The notes beneath the pieces were generated by a model. That model made no database searches. It was not told the DNA's origin and saw nothing but the letters and a program-made list of their open reading frames with translations. A stretch of 64,000 nt of DNA from the human T2T-CHM13v2.0 reference genome, Homo sapiens. Of this stretch, positions 48,803 through 63,684 are shown one piece after another (positions within the stretch are counted from its first letter, which is position 1; every line of letters starts with the position of its first letter). Location: the NCBI RefSeq assembly GCF_009914755.1, contig NC_060929.1; one strand, 5' to 3'. A program made the translations under genes and the position numbers.

Positions 48803-49419
48803 AAAATTGCCATTTACAAGGACTCAAAATTTTGTTTTCTCAACATAATCTTTTCCTCATATTATACTGATTCCTACTATTTCTAGATGGTTTGTTAATC
48901 TCTTTGTATCGTACCTACTTCCAAAAAGGATATTTGTTTTTCTTGGTTCTGACTATCCTCTGATGAAGGGGTAAATGGGTATTAAATTAATCAGGGTATA
49001 TTTTTAGTGTAATTATTTGGAGTTGGTGGGAGGGAAGGGAAAAACAAAGGTCTTCTGTAATTCACAAACTGAAAAATCTACTGCCTCTCTCCATTGCTGT
49101 GGCTACTGATGAGGTATTAGACAGCTGTATGATGCCCCTCTCTGAGCCCGAACATCAGCATTTAGGACATGGCAGGAATTAAAACATTGGGGAAAAATAG
49201 AGAGCATTAAGGATCACTTAATTACTACCCTAAAGAAATATTGTGTTGGCTCTTTGGAATAGCTATTTTCTGTTTTTAATGAGGAAAGTCAATGATGATT
49301 TCCATGTATCTATTGGGACTTAAATTAGCTATTAAAGAAAGAGGTGAGATACAGATCTCTCGTAATTGAGAATATAGGTTCTCTTGTATGTAAACCTTTT
49401 AAATAAATGAGCACCAACC

Positions 49420-49478
49420 CTCACTTCCCTCCCTTCCTCCCTCCTTCCCTAACTTCCTTCCTTCCTTCCTTCCTTTTC
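49420..49478. repeat. (TTCC)n-type pyrimidine tract
   Basis: Directly visible. Confidence 0.85.
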
Positions 49479-51424
49479 TTAGAATTTGCTTTTCAGGGTT
49501 GAATAAATATTTCTTACAGCTCTCTGTAACAAAGCTTTTATTTTTAGGAATACTGTTTCCATTGCATATTTTACCCTTGTGAGCAGTGTTATTCTATTTG
49601 ATTCTCTAATGATGTTATTAGCAAAGTTCAATATTGACTTTGTGCATTAAACATGACACTGGCTGATCATATCTGTATTTGGGAACAGGTTAAAGGTTAA
49701 GGGTCTTGAGTTTAGAGTCATAGATTTTCCTTGTCATATTACTTTGAGAAGGGTGCTCAAATTTTTAAACCATATATTCCTAATTTATAAACACAAACAT
49801 AAAAATTAGAACTACTCCATATCCCAGTAGTACCTAATCCATAGGGTTACTGTGCAGATTTAGTGAGATAATGACACAAATAAAGAGCACAGTTATAGTT
49901 TTTGAAAAAAATTAAACACTTGACCTTTAGCATTGTTTTAAATCCTGGGACTAGAAGGCAGATTTTAAATCAGAAGGTATAAGATAGAACCTAGAAAACT
50001 ATATGTGGATATATCATCTCTCCAGGTGATTCTGATACATAAATTATGTTTGAGGACCATCAGTTTAGAACATTTTCTTCCCTTAAAATAGAGCCAGTTT
50101 TAACGAGTAAGGATTCCCATCCTTTATTTACCATTTCGCAGAGAAGTTTCTCTGAGAACTTTCCCAGGAATCTATTCCAATTGTCACAAAATATTTTTTT
50201 AAATTGTATTTTAAATTATCCGAGCTACAGGAGAGCATAAGATCCTTCATTGCAGCCTATGCGAAGATGAGGCCACTTAACGTGGAATTCTGTCATATGT
50301 GGATATTTATGTATGCTCTTGTACCTCTTCCTTAACTGTGAATTTCAATGAGAGAACCAGAGAATGCCTTAGTGTGCATATTGATCTGTATTAAAGTAAA
50401 ATGAATGGACAAACACCTTATTGAAATTTCCAGAGAAGTAAAGCCAGAAAAACTTTTTAGTGGGAAATTATAAGTGAAAATTTATGGCAGTTTACTCATT
50501 ATTGCTAAATTGGGTTCCATAAAAACATCACAGATAGTCTCAGGCTTAGTGTGTTGTCTTGACTGATTGATGTGGGAACATCATTATAAAGCCTTTCCTA
50601 TATTCACTCATGAACAAAATTTCCCTCACCCAAACATCCATTGTGTTATTAAGAACTATGTCATTTGTAACTGACTGAAACTCAATTCAAACTAGCAGAA
50701 AAAGGGTGTGTGTGTGAGTGTGTATGTGTGATTTTTTTTTTTTTTGGTTCTTTTAACAATCTAGGGATTAATACATTGTTCTGTTGTTTTGTATGGTTAA
50801 AATAAGGAACTGATCAAAGTGTAATTTCACAAATCACATGTTTTATTTCCATACAAACAGATTCTTTTGTTTTTTCAAAATGCTGATGGAGGGAGAGAAT
50901 AACAAAAACAAATCTTACTGGGTACACACTCAATAGCGAGGTTGCATTAATCACATAGTGAGTGGGTTCCTATTTCATTTGGAATCCAGTTATTAAAGTC
51001 TAGCTGCCAAACTAGGAAGGAGACAATCCTCTGTGGATGTAAAGTCAATCAAAGTTTAAGGCATAGCTTTGCATGAGAAGTTCAGGGACGAGACAGTTTG
51101 ACCAACACAGCAGAGATCCGAGATGACAAGCAGGGTCCCTTGATGCTAGTGTAGTGCTAGTGTTGGTGGGCTTTGGAGAGTATCTTAAAGGCTGAGAGAG
51201 TAGCTCTGCCACAGCCCTGGCTTTCAATCTGTCTGTCAAAATTATGGGTTTATATGTATTTTGGAGTCTAGTAGTTGAGGCAAATAACTCACTTATGTGG
51301 TCTGATAAGCAGGGCTTAACATTCTCGTGGGGAGGAGGGATTCTATTCCAAACTCTTATCACAGCAAAACATATGTCACTCAGTAGCAAATTATGTGTTT
51401 GGAATCATTTCAAAGCTACATAAC

Positions 51425-51862
51425 ACATGTCTTCTGGCATAGCTAGATGTAGGAGTTCACATCATGTCTTTAGGACTCAATAGCTTCTATATGTCACTCA
51501 ACCTTACTTTTCTTTCAGTTGGCTTCGTTCTCAAGCAGGTCCTTAACTCCATTTATCTCAGCTTAGCTATCCCAGCAGAAGGAGCACCTCTTTTTCCAAT
51601 AAGTCCAGTAATAGAACCAGAAGTGGCTCTCATTTAATGTAATTTGGATCACATACTTGTTTCTAACCTACCAACACAGTTAAGAAATGGAATATGGTGA
51701 TTTATAAGCCCTAAGTAATATGCCAATCCCTCTAGGGATGGGGACAACCATATCCTACAAACACAAGAAATTGTCAAGACTGGTGATTCCTTTAAGGAAC
51801 ATTGAGGCACTGATATCACAAGAGGAAACATGCTGAGCGACAAAAGACAACAAATGTCCACA
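51425..51862 (-). mobile_element. Old MaLR LTR (MLT1J/K-like)
   Basis: ttggcttcgttctcaagcagg...ttggatcacatacttgtttctaacc...acaacaaatgtccaca. Confidence 0.55.
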
Positions 51863-54800
51863 ATATATCATAAGGCACTTAGTCCCTTAACCATGAAACT
51901 TCCTTCCATCATGAATATTTCACCATTGAGTCTTAGGAAGGGAAGACTAAAGTAGGAACTATTTTTGGGAGAAAACTTAGTAGTTTTAGAAAGGTTTAAA
52001 TATGATTTTTGCCTAACCTTTTCTTTTACCAATTTATATAATTTTTGTCTACTTGTTTGCCAATGTAATGGGAAAGAGGATTGAATTTATTAGAAGGCTT
52101 TTGAATATGTTGAATGCTATATTTAATTATACTTTAATTATCTTTTTTTAAAGGCCAGAGTGAATTAAACTTACATATAAGCCCATGGAGAGCAGGCCAC
52201 AGGAGATAGATTTGTTTTCTGGGAGCCTCTTTGGGCCAGCAGGTCCATGCTTAGTAATATTCCATATGTTATATGCCAAGTCTCCTGCTATGGAAAAGTA
52301 GACATTCTATTTATGTGTTAAACATACTTCCAATCAGGTAGTAGTCTCTTTCTTTACTTTCTCTACTTTTCCCAGCAATTTAATCTTCAGGAATTAATTC
52401 AGTTTCTTGGGCTTTTTAATTTACAGCATTTTAGGTTTTTTGGAATAGCCCCAATTTCATGCATTCATATTGCCTCAATAATGGAGATTTGTGATATTCA
52501 ATTAAAATATTTTTACTATTACACTTGCAAATATTTATATACAAATAACTGAACAAATAAAAAATAATTACACCACAATTTCTAATTTGTGCTTCATAGA
52601 GTGTGGTCTCAGATGCTCATTGACCCACCTTCTGTGGTATGTAGAGATGTGACATGGCCATTCCTCCTTAGTCAGGAATTATTCTAAGTAAAACAACAAC
52701 AACAACAACAAAACCAAACAAAAAAACCACACCTCTGTTGACTGTCCTTCATGTGCACACAGCCTTGTGCTCCCTGTGCTTGGTAACATGACTTAAGATA
52801 CATTAAATAGAAGGCATTGCCTTTGCTAGCAAGGATGGCAAGATACAGGAAGACTGAGCAATTCATAAAAGATAAGCAACAGACACCTCGAAGAGTAAAT
52901 ATACACTGTCCCTGGAAGTATAGGTTTGTATAATCTCTTTGCTGGACAAGTTATCAAGATCTATAAAAATTAAAATGCAAAATCTATAAATTTAAAACAA
53001 TACCAGAAAAAGACATAAAAAATTAAAACAACAATCTCCAAGTGAGGAAAGCATTTCTAAGTATGACATAAAACTCTTAACAGCAGAAACAGATATTATA
53101 CTAAATAAAAATCAACATTTCTACATGATAAAACAATAATAAAGTCAAGACACAAATGGAAAATAGTAATTTATAATCCACTCAAAGAGCTACTTTTCTT
53201 AATATATTAAAATTTCCTGCAAATCAATAGGAATGAGAATAAAAAACCATTAGAAAAAGTAGACAATATGAATAGTCAGACCACAGAAAGAAAGTATAAA
53301 CATTTTTTAAAAATTTAAAATATGCTTATTCATACAAAGAGATACTCAGATGTTTACCATTTAATCTCTCAGTTCAGCAAAAATCAAAAAGTTTCTTAAT
53401 ACCTTATGTGTGATTTCTTAGGTAAGAATATGGGGAAACAGTCACTCTTGTAAATTTCTCTTAGAAATGTAAATTGGTGCAACCTCTGTGGAGGGCAATT
53501 TGGCAATGGTTACCTATTTTAAAATGAAGCTATCCCTGACTCAATAGTTTTATTTCTAGAAATGTATTCTCCTTTGGATATATATATATTTTGCCAAATA
53601 ATGTGTATAGAAGATTGTTTATTACAGCATTGTCCGAACTAGCAAAAAACCTGAAAATAACCTAAATATCCATCAAAGAAGGACTGGGTAAAGTATGACA
53701 CATCCCTCTGTAGAATGCTATTCAGCTGTACAAAAGAAGGAAAGCCTATTTACATACTGATATATAGCCATAGAGCGAAGGTATGTGATTAAATGAGAAA
53801 ATGGAAGGTGCAGAACATTGCATTTCTTGGCATATATAAAAGAAGCTGGTAACGGAAGTTATTCTAGGAATGGAAAATAAATGGCTTTCAAACAGTGGTA
53901 TTTAGGAAGCTTACTTTTTCCTAAATACTCTTTTAACTTTTGTTATTGGACCATGTGAATATACTCAATCTTCAGAAATTAATATAATTTAAAAAAACAA
54001 TAAAATACATCTAAGAATTGATCTAGTAATTCTACTGCTGGAAATTCATCTAACAGCATAGTTCATAATAGCAAAGCACAGTCCGTAAGTGGCAGCAGTA
54101 AAAGAGAATTCCATGTGTGGTGATATGAAATGTTCCCAAGACAAATCTGTACATTAAAAAAAAGCAAAAACAAGTTGCAAAAAAATATATATTATGCAAC
54201 TATGAAAGTTGAAGAAAACTATATATATACCCATTATAAATATTTCATGTTTTCATTTATACTAAAAATTTCATGTGCATATAGTGTTTGTATAGGCATG
54301 GAACACTCACGTATGTGGAAAGACACACAGATATTTAGGGTAGAAGGCCTGGGGGTCATGGATACAACTAAGATTTACATTGTAATGTGTCTCTTTATAT
54401 AACCTACACATTTTAAATTCCCGTGTCCAGATAATCATTAATCAAGCAAAATGGAAAACATAAAGACAAGGACAAACATGTAGTTTTATTGTTTTGTGAA
54501 CAGCTGAATTGACCTTCTGGATGAGGAGAACCATGCCGAGTTAAAATTGGCATTAAAGGGAGAGCCAAGCTCATTATGTGCAGAGCCGAAGTCCTAGAGA
54601 TACATTTGGGTCCTCTTTAATTCCAAAATGACCAGCTAGACAGAAAAGACAACCACAGAGGATAGATGACTTTATATTTTGAACAATAATAGGTTATTTT
54701 CCAAAGATATTCGGCTTATAACAATTTCCATTTCATTGAAAATGTTGGACTTTTTATACCCTTCCATGAAACTTGGCAGACCAAAAAAGAGAAATTTGAC

Positions 54801-55439
54801 TTTTCCATGTTGCCCATGATGCAAAATCCTGAAATATTCAGAACACAAGAGACACATACAACAAGCACGATGACCTTGAAAATTCTCAAGCAGATGTATC
54901 AGAGTCCGTTTCACATGGCTGATGTCCTTGGCCAGGGAGTGAGCGTACAGCTGGCTAAATGCCGCCTCCACAGCAGCCAGTCTAGGGATGTGCATTAGCT
55001 TTTTGATTTAAAGAGAAGAGAGGGCATATGATGGTGGAGAGTGAGGCATGTTATTCAGGGTTAGATGGCAGAGAAGGTCCTGAAATGCAAGTGTGACGAT
55101 GCTTACTGAAGGAGCACTTTATTGGGGAAAAATACTCAGAGATGATCCTGCCTCTGGACGTGAAAGCAAAATTCAGGTAACCCTTAGCTGCACATCAGAA
55201 GTCATTTTATCATTTTGGTAAAATTTCTTTCAGTCAGTAGCTGCTTTTGCTCCCTTTTCTATATGGGAACTGTCCAACTCTGGAGTTCCAAAGCTGCATG
55301 AAGTAAACACACATTTGCTCTTGACCATTTCCTTGTGTTACCTGCTATTTTCAGTCAGGAGTCTCTCTAGTTGTGCCTCCTCTGCTTGCTTCTTGTTCCA
55401 AGTTGGGTCTAGCTATAAATTCCTTGACTTCTGAAGTGG

Positions 55440-55990
55440 ATGTTTGGGACCACTCTGCCCGACCTCTGTTCTCTCTTCTTCTCAGCCCCCTGGGAAGCCC
55501 CTCCTTTATTGCTCAGTCCGTGCAGCTCTCATGATGTGGATAGCAGTGCCTCTGGATCCAGGACTGGAAGCTGTAATCAGCACCAGTTAGAACTCCAAAT
55601 CTCCTCGGCCACAGTGATTGGTTTCTGGGTATACATGTGACCCAATGGATCAAAGCAGAACAAATCCTGGGATTGGAGTGAGAGGTTCTGGGAGATGGGC
55701 TTTCCCACTGGACTTGAGTTAGAGAGGACAAGAACCTGAAGCAATCACGCAGTACCACACAGAGCCCGAGAGTGAAGAGTACACACACTCAGCCCACAGC
55801 AGAACCCAGAGATGCAGAGAAACTGAGTCCAAGGACACTATGAGATCCCTGAACCTGCCAAGCCTAAAGCTGCATCAACCCTGGACATTTTGGCTATAAG
55901 AGTCTCCCAAACCCCAAACTCTTTTTTCCTCCATCTCGTTAGGCTAGCCTGGGTTTTCAATTATCTGTAAGAGATAGAACCCTGACCAAC
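55440..55990 (+). mobile_element. Old MaLR LTR (MLT1K-like)
   Basis: catgtgacccaa...agagatgcagagaaactgagtcc...ccctggacatttt...gggttttcaattatctgtaa. Confidence 0.6.
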
Positions 55991-58455
55991 GTATCTCTGA
56001 TGATGATTATAGCAATACACCTGTATTTTTTTTTGTTCTTTCCAAACATTTTCATCTACGTTAGCTAATTTCTTATCTCAGTGACCCCGTACAGAGGTCA
56101 GGAGCACAACTTATACTAATCTCCACTTATATTTAGGAGAACTGAGGCTCACAGAAGTTAAATGACTTGCTTGGAGTAATCATAGCTAGTAAGAAGCAGA
56201 GCCTGTTCTGAAACTCAGGACTCTGGATTTTGTGTGCTTTGCAGTGCCGCCTAGGAGGTAGGACGTGACTTTCAGTCCCCTGGCTTCCTTTCTCTCATGC
56301 ACTGCTGGGCTGTGAGCTTGGAGGACCTTTCACTCCTCGGAAGCTGGCACTGGGGGCCCTGCAGGCCCAGCCAGGTGAATATCTGGGGCCTGGGGAGAGG
56401 CAGAAAAGGGAACCTTTCACTTGAGTTAATGAAAAGTAACCAGATTCTTTGTCCCAAAGGAGTGGTAGGGTAGAGCTTGTTTAGCAATCAGAAATAAGCC
56501 ACTCCTGGGCAAGGAGGGCACCAAGAGGCAAAGCCACACAAAGGAGGCTGAGGAGCAGTGACCTTCAGTGGGCGCTGCAGTGGATTTGGAGGAGGAAAAC
56601 GAAGGAGAAAGCATGGGCGGAGGCGCTTCCCCTTCTTGCTGCCCCATTTGCTGTGAGCGTCTTAACAGAATGAAGCCTGGGGACCTCTGGGTCACTGCTT
56701 AGTCTCCTGACCTGGTTCTTTGAAGCCCTGGTTCTCCTCTCCCCCGTTCCACTTACATCATCTTTTCCCACTGCCACTTACAATCAGAAATAATATAAAT
56801 ATTAACCTGCTCATTGGTGAAAAGGAATAAGATATCAAATATGTTTCGATTTTTATTTTTAAAAATCAGAGGATGGAAGCCATTTTGAGTATTATAAAAA
56901 AAAATAAAATTTCTGCATGGGGTTTGAAATATTCCCTCTGCATATATCATTGTCTTTGAGGCATGAGGATTTAAGACCTCAGATACCAACCTAATAAAAA
57001 CAGCTGGGTTAGAAAGTGAAGGTGAATCAACATCGGTTAACATATTCTGTAATTAAGTAATATTTTTTCTTTTAAAGGATCCCTCTTCCTCATCTGCCTG
57101 CAAAAGGGACTGTGGTGGGATGTCACTGGTTCCTGGGGAGGGGCAAGGTCCTTGGTGAGTTCAGGCTCTCCCCTCCTGTCCTGTGCCTAACCTCCGCAGA
57201 ACCCTCCACCAGCTCATGGTTTTTTCTTCCTCAGGTCTTGGCAGGTAGTTTGTCAAGCTGATCTTAATGAGATCACTATGTAATTACAGAGGGACTGTCA
57301 GGATATTTTTGGTTGTCATCTTCTAACAAAATGCAGATTGTGTGGCATGTATACATAGAATTACTCTGTAATTCAAAGTAAATTGACATTTAATTTCAAT
57401 TTAATTACACAGGAATTACGGGCATGACAAGACACAGTCTAATTAGGAAGCAAAGTATAAGAATCTGTTTATGGAATGAAAATCCATATTATGTCACATT
57501 TTAACAGAATCAAAATAATTTCTTTGAATTTTTGTAAAGCATATATAATGACAACAGTAATAATTGAAACTGCTTCTGGGCCATTCATCAGGTGCATACA
57601 TACTATCTTATTTAATTCTAGCGGTAACTCAGCAAAGCTGGTGTGATCATTCCCATGGTACAGAAGGGAAAACTGACATTTGGAGAAGTTAGTAATGTGC
57701 CCTGTGTTACACAGCTCAGGAGTTGTCAAGGGGAAATTTAAGTCCCATGATCAAGAGGCCCATGCTTAGGAATACCGTGCTGCTGCCTCGGGTGCTCCCT
57801 AGAACTTGCACTTCTAGGGAGAGGAGGAGGCACAGGATACAGTTCTGGAGGTTGGCCTCAGCAGCCAGCTCTCTCTGGAGCTGTGGCCCAGAGCATCGAG
57901 CTTGTTTTCCCCCTTTCCCTTTCCCTATGCTCTCTCCCTTCATCTCTACCTTTCTTCTTTTCACTCACTTAACAAATGTTTACCCAAATGGCATCCACTC
58001 TGTCAGTCATTGTACTGGGTGCTGGGTGTTAAGTGCCAAGGGTGGCTGACAGTGCTATGGCCTCATGGGATTTCCTCTGCCCACCCTTCCTTATAGGACA
58101 TCTCAAGCACCCTGTTCAACAGCTAGGGTGAATAATGAACCCTGGCTAGTCAGCTGCACATGCAAGTATCAGGAGCTATCAGGATCCAACCACAAGGAGA
58201 CAGATAAAAGCAAGTGGGAAGGGGACCCCCAGAGTCCATTTGGTGGAAGCTTTACCCTCAGGATAGTTTTCCCCACACTCAGGGTTTATGGAGCTTTCAC
58301 CTCTCTTCTAGTGGAGCTTTCAATCAAAGCAGAATTTTGGAGTGTGTGTGTGTGTGTGTCTGTCTGACCCCTACCCTTGTACAAAACAAATCACAACCTG
58401 GGCTGCTTCCTACCTTTCCAAGAACCAGACCTATCTAGTTTCAGTGACTGCAGAA

Positions 58456-58795
58456 TTTTATTTTATTTTATTTACTATTTTATTTTATTTTATTTTATTT
58501 ATTTTATTTTTTGAGACCGAGTTTTGCTCTGTTGCCCAGGCTGGAGTGCAGTGGCATGATCTCGGCTCACTGCAACCTCCACCCCCATGTTCAAGCGATT
58601 CTCCTGCCTCAACCTCCTGAGTAGCTGGGATTACAGGCATGCGCCACCATGCCTGGCTAATTTTTTTGTATTTTTATTAGAGATGGGGTTTCACCATGTT
58701 GGCCAGGCTGGTGTCGAACTCCTGGCCTCAAGTTAGCTGCCTGCTTTGGCCTCCCAAAGTGTTAGGATTACAGGCATGAGCCACCGCACCCAGCC
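58456..58795 (-). mobile_element. AluS (Sz-like) with (TTTTA)n tail
   Basis: Full dimer. Confidence 0.93.
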
Positions 58796-59214
58796 ACAGG
58801 ATTATCTTTCTCACTGATTTTACCAATTTCCTTCAACCTAAATGACTTCTTTAGCTTCCGCTCTCTTATCCCTCCTCTATCCCTCACTTAGTTATAATCT
58901 CTTCCATGGGTGTCATACTTTATGCTTGGTAAAAGGCTTTCCCTTAAAATAGCTCATTTGATTCTTAAGCACAAATCTGTGAAGAAGTCAATATTTTAAT
59001 CATATCCAGCTTATAGATGGGGAAGCCAATAACCAGAGATGTTCAAGACATTCATCACCTTCCACAGCTTGTCAGTGTAGTACTGGTTTCAGACTCAGCT
59101 CTTCTGGGGTTAATGCCAGCTTCTGTCTGGGACATCAGCTGCTGGTCTTTCACTGAAGCCCTCTTTCCTCTTTCTTCTTGTTACCTGAAATTTCAGCATT
59201 CACATATCGCCTAT

Positions 59215-59645
59215 GTAAATGTTTATTTAATTTTTTCTTTAAACTGATTTAAAAATATTTGAATATATTTATTTTAGAAGATAATTTCATATGACTCCTT
59301 CCAATGGACAACTAGCACCATTTAATAGAAAGAGAAGGTAAATATAAATCTAAATATGAAATGAAATGAAAGGTTATCATTAGATCACAGCTAGTCACTG
59401 TTGCTTGCTGAAGGTTCTTATCCTGATGCCAGCGCTTTGTTGACAATTGAACTTTGCCAGAGTGAGAGGGCTGTTAAATGTCTACTAACACCAAGCAGAC
59501 AGTTGCTCCTTAATGTGACAGGCAGCACTGAAAGAGAATCAAAAGAAAAAGACAATTTTTTTACTATGCAGTCAATGTTTTTGGATGCTCTCTCTGTATC
59601 CTACTCAAAGCATCTCAAATCACGTACTGTGGTAAATACTGTTCT
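59215..59645. mobile_element. hAT-Charlie element (MER113-like)
   Basis: cactgttgcttgctgaaggttc...tactaacaccaagcaga...actgaaagagaatcaaaag matches MER113 as I recall it. Confidence 0.6.
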
Positions 59646-62600
59646 GGCCTAACCACTCTACGTCACACAAACTTAACTCCACTTATCCCTACCAAGAATG
59701 CCTAGCAGGTCAAATCTTGACTTCAAGGTTCAGTAGAAAGATATTAACCTGGTGCAGAGTAACCCAGTGCCTGGGCCTGAGTCTTTCCGGGCCTTTCATC
59801 AGCCCGTTGGGGTAGGTGACCTTGATTTATTATAGACATTTTGTAGATTCATGTGTCTTACAGAGAAATATACCTTATAGAAGAAGTGGGCTTCTCCTGG
59901 GTTTGGGAAACCTTGGTGAGATTACCTAACCTCTCCAGGCTTAGATTTTAGCTTCTCATCAATCAGACTTTCAAGGTTTACATTTTGTTTGCTTATGGAA
60001 AATAAAAGTTCTCCATGGTGAAAAATGGAGCATTTTGAGAAGGACATCAAGTGTCTCCTTGAAAACATGTCTTGATGAAATGTAAATGATGATGTAAATG
60101 AATCAAACCCAATGGATTAATCAAATCATTAACATATCAATCATTAATAAGTGGATTTTATTTTTTAAAAAATCCAATGAAAGTGCTCCTACAAATAGAT
60201 CAGACATTCATATATTATGCTGCCTTAAATCTTTTCTGGAACAAAGAAGGATATAAATAAATAAACATAAATTAATAATATAATAATAGCAATCTTGTCC
60301 CTCATTGTAATTTTAGATTTTAAAGTGAAGAAAAGACTTAGGAATAGAAAAAGATATTTCTGTCTGGTTGATGTACTCAATCTGAATACAGCCAGGGAGT
60401 TCCATATATCTAAAACATGGCCACAATTGTAGCTCTGAAAATCCTCACTCCCTGTTCAATTGCTTTCTTAGCCTCATGAAAATGAAATCTAGGAGGAAGC
60501 AACTCACTTCTAAGGATACACTTAGAATTCATCTCTAACGTGCAGGAGATAAAAATCAGAGAACTCATTGCTCTACCTTTGCCATTTCATCAGTTTTAAA
60601 AGATTGTATATAAACAACAAATCTGAACATACAAAGGGATTAGTTAATCCAAAAAAGATCAAAAGCAATGAGAATCTCTCCACATGGAACAGGGTGGCAT
60701 AGGGACAGGAGCTCTATAGAGAAATAATTTGTCATGAACAGGTGAGGACAAAGAAAGCAAGCAAAGGAGAGAGCAATTCTAAAGAGTAGAAAGCTATTCA
60801 CCAGGTCACACATCCCCTGCCCTTGGAATTAGGAAAGAAACCCACCATTCTGCCCTGTGTCAGAATGAGGGAAAAAGCATCTGCTGCCAACTCTGCCTGC
60901 CTTTGTGCAGGGCATGGGAGTAGGAGTGGAGAAAGGGTGATGTCCTCCTCTTTCTGGTAATGCTGAAAGCTCAGTCAGTCTGCAAAGTGGCAGTTGCGGG
61001 AACTCAAGAAGCTCAATGTGCTATTCAATTAGAAGCAAAAATGTCAAGTTTATTTTGATCATATCTCAGTAACCCCTGTCACTTGGCAGCCTCCCCTCTT
61101 TAATTTCACTCTCTTGCCTGGTTACCTCAATAAGAAGATGCCCCATTCTCTCTGGATCTGAGACTCTTGCCTCCCTCTGTCTCAGCTCTCAACAGAAAAT
61201 ATCCATGCCATGTCCTAGACCTATGAGATCACAAAGGTACGCTGTGTGATACCTGCACAGACAGGCTAGTAAGTGGTGCTTGTTTTGTGGTGAGAGCACT
61301 GGGACTTAGAGTGAACAGGGTGGCTCATGCTCTGTGGAGAGCAGGCAAGTTGAAGAAATTGCTAACCTCAGAGTTTGCCCAATAAAACACTTATGTGGGG
61401 AGGCTTCCATCAGCTGGAACAGCTCCCATTTCAAAACCTTTGCCTGGTCTGTTAAAGAACCTGATAAAGGCAGTGGAGTTCAGGTCTTAATGAGTATGAT
61501 TTACACGGTGTGCTACCTCTCCCCTTGAACCTACCCCTCAAAAGGAAAGTAAAAAGGATTTGCATTCTGAAGGGGATCCTAATTACCTGAGATAAAAAGG
61601 ATGTTCAGAAAAAGTATTTAGGACAGGAAAGCAGGTATGTAAGAAAATGCGCACCCTCAGGTCACATACTAGCCATCTACAGCAAAGCCATAGAATTGAC
61701 ACTCAAGTCACACTTCCATTTCCTGTCCTTGTACCCTGGCCAATACTCATGGCACCTTTGCTCATGGCTTCCAGAATAATCCACTGAACACTCCTCTTCA
61801 GCCTGGAACTCCTGGCAGTCCCTGCCCATCATTTGGAATTGGCACGGGAGATAGAAGCTAGAGGCAATTCTTTTATACTCAGAGCAGATGCTATTTGAGG
61901 CTGGGTGAGGCAGGAGTGCACTCCAGAAGTCTTCAGAAGGCCTTGTTGACTCTCCACCACCACCATGGAAGTCCCTTGTTAAGCAATCTCTTTACTTACC
62001 CAGGAGACCATGTTGCTATTGATCACCAGACCCCAAGGGAAAATTGATTCCGATGGTAAGTATGGTCAAAATTGACTGATCTGAGAGTCTGCGGGTCTGG
62101 ATTCTAGTCTTAGTTCCTCCATTTCTTTGTTATGGAACCTTGGCCAAGTTATTTAATTTCTCTAGACCTTAGTTCTCTTACTGCTAAATAATCTTTCCAA
62201 CTCTATCTTTGTGGTGGGGTCAGAAAAGATAGTAATTAGGCCCATATATCAGAGTTGTGTGAGGTTCAAAATGAGATGCAATATGTATGTCTTGGGCAAA
62301 CTTAACATCACTTCACACATGTACAATCATTCTTCTCTGGGTTTTTCCAGAGTTAATGTCCAATGCTATGGAAAATTGAGGAAGCCTGTTTTTGTGAATT
62401 TCTAGTATCCTCCTGAATCCAATGGAAAAAATCAGTCCACTTGTAAATCTGTACATTTCACATAATGGAGGGTTATTTTTGTGCCAAAATAAAAGTTTTC
62501 TTATTTGAGAACTTGATGGAAATAAAATGAAGACTGCAAGAACATTAAACGTTTAACCTATGATTTTCTTGCTTTGGGAAAGATTTAAAAAAACAATGCA

Positions 62601-63684
62601 TTGTGTTCTGTTGTCCTTTGTCGATGCATAATTAAAGATTTTTTTTTTACCATCCAAGATAATTTCAAGTCCAGTAGGAATAAATATTACCAGTCTGTTA
62701 CAAATGTGCTAAATTCATGTTTTAATAAACTGAATTTACTCTGCCTGGTTCTTGCAAAATTAGAAATTATAAACATATGCTTTCCAAGAAAAGTAGTCAT
62801 TTGCCTTGCTTTCATCTGGACTAAAATGTGATCGTTTCCCCAGCAAAGAGGAAAAAAAGCTGGGCTATATTTAGGACTGCTTGATGATCCTGGGGCCAGC
62901 TGGCAGCAAAGAACGTAAAAAAGATTTGGATGCCGGGTGTGGAGGTAGCCTCAAGACCGGACTCTTAGGGAAGGCCTCCAGGGCTCCCCACCTTTGGAGA
63001 TCCGCAAACCACATGTATTTTTCATCCTTGACTTTGCCTTTAGGATTTCTGAATGTCTTTGGAAGTAACTTTTCTTTTTCTTTTATTAAGCAGTTAATTC
63101 CACTAAACACATTTTAACTTTTGATTTCAAATCAAGAGTTTCTCTCCTTATATATTTTGTTTATTCAGAACTATTAAGTTTTAATATCTGTGAGTCCAGT
63201 AGTGATTGTCTTCCAGAACCTTATGTGAAAATAGTGATCCTGGGAAGCCCAGCAGATAGTTAAATCTTATCGGCGAAGTCATGTTTTGAATGTGTTAAAA
63301 GACTTCTTTCAAAACATGGTGAATCCTTTATAAAGGAAATTGTCACTTCCAAGTAATAATTATTCTTCATTTTCATAATTATATATCTAGATTAAAGCTA
63401 GTAACATATCTGAAAAAGGTTGCCAATGGATAGAAAAATGTTGCTCAACAAATAAGAATTCTGTTTATGATGTAGAGTCACATCACTGTCATTAATGGAA
63501 AGTGACTACAGTCTTTGTTTTAATAAAAAGCACCACGTAAGTCCCTGGGACTGGCTTCCAGCAAAGAGGGGCATATCTGATGGAAGAGGGCAAAGGCAGT
63601 TTCCTAGAACAGAAAACCGTCTACCTGGACCATCTGCATTCCAAGAATTTTTCCACCCAGTCAATGAGCCCTAGGGAGTGAGCA

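Noticed and set aside
54672-54998. Overlapping non-repeat ORFs (107 aa and 63 aa)
   Set aside because: No recognisable domain or convincing splice context; lengths are within chance expectation.
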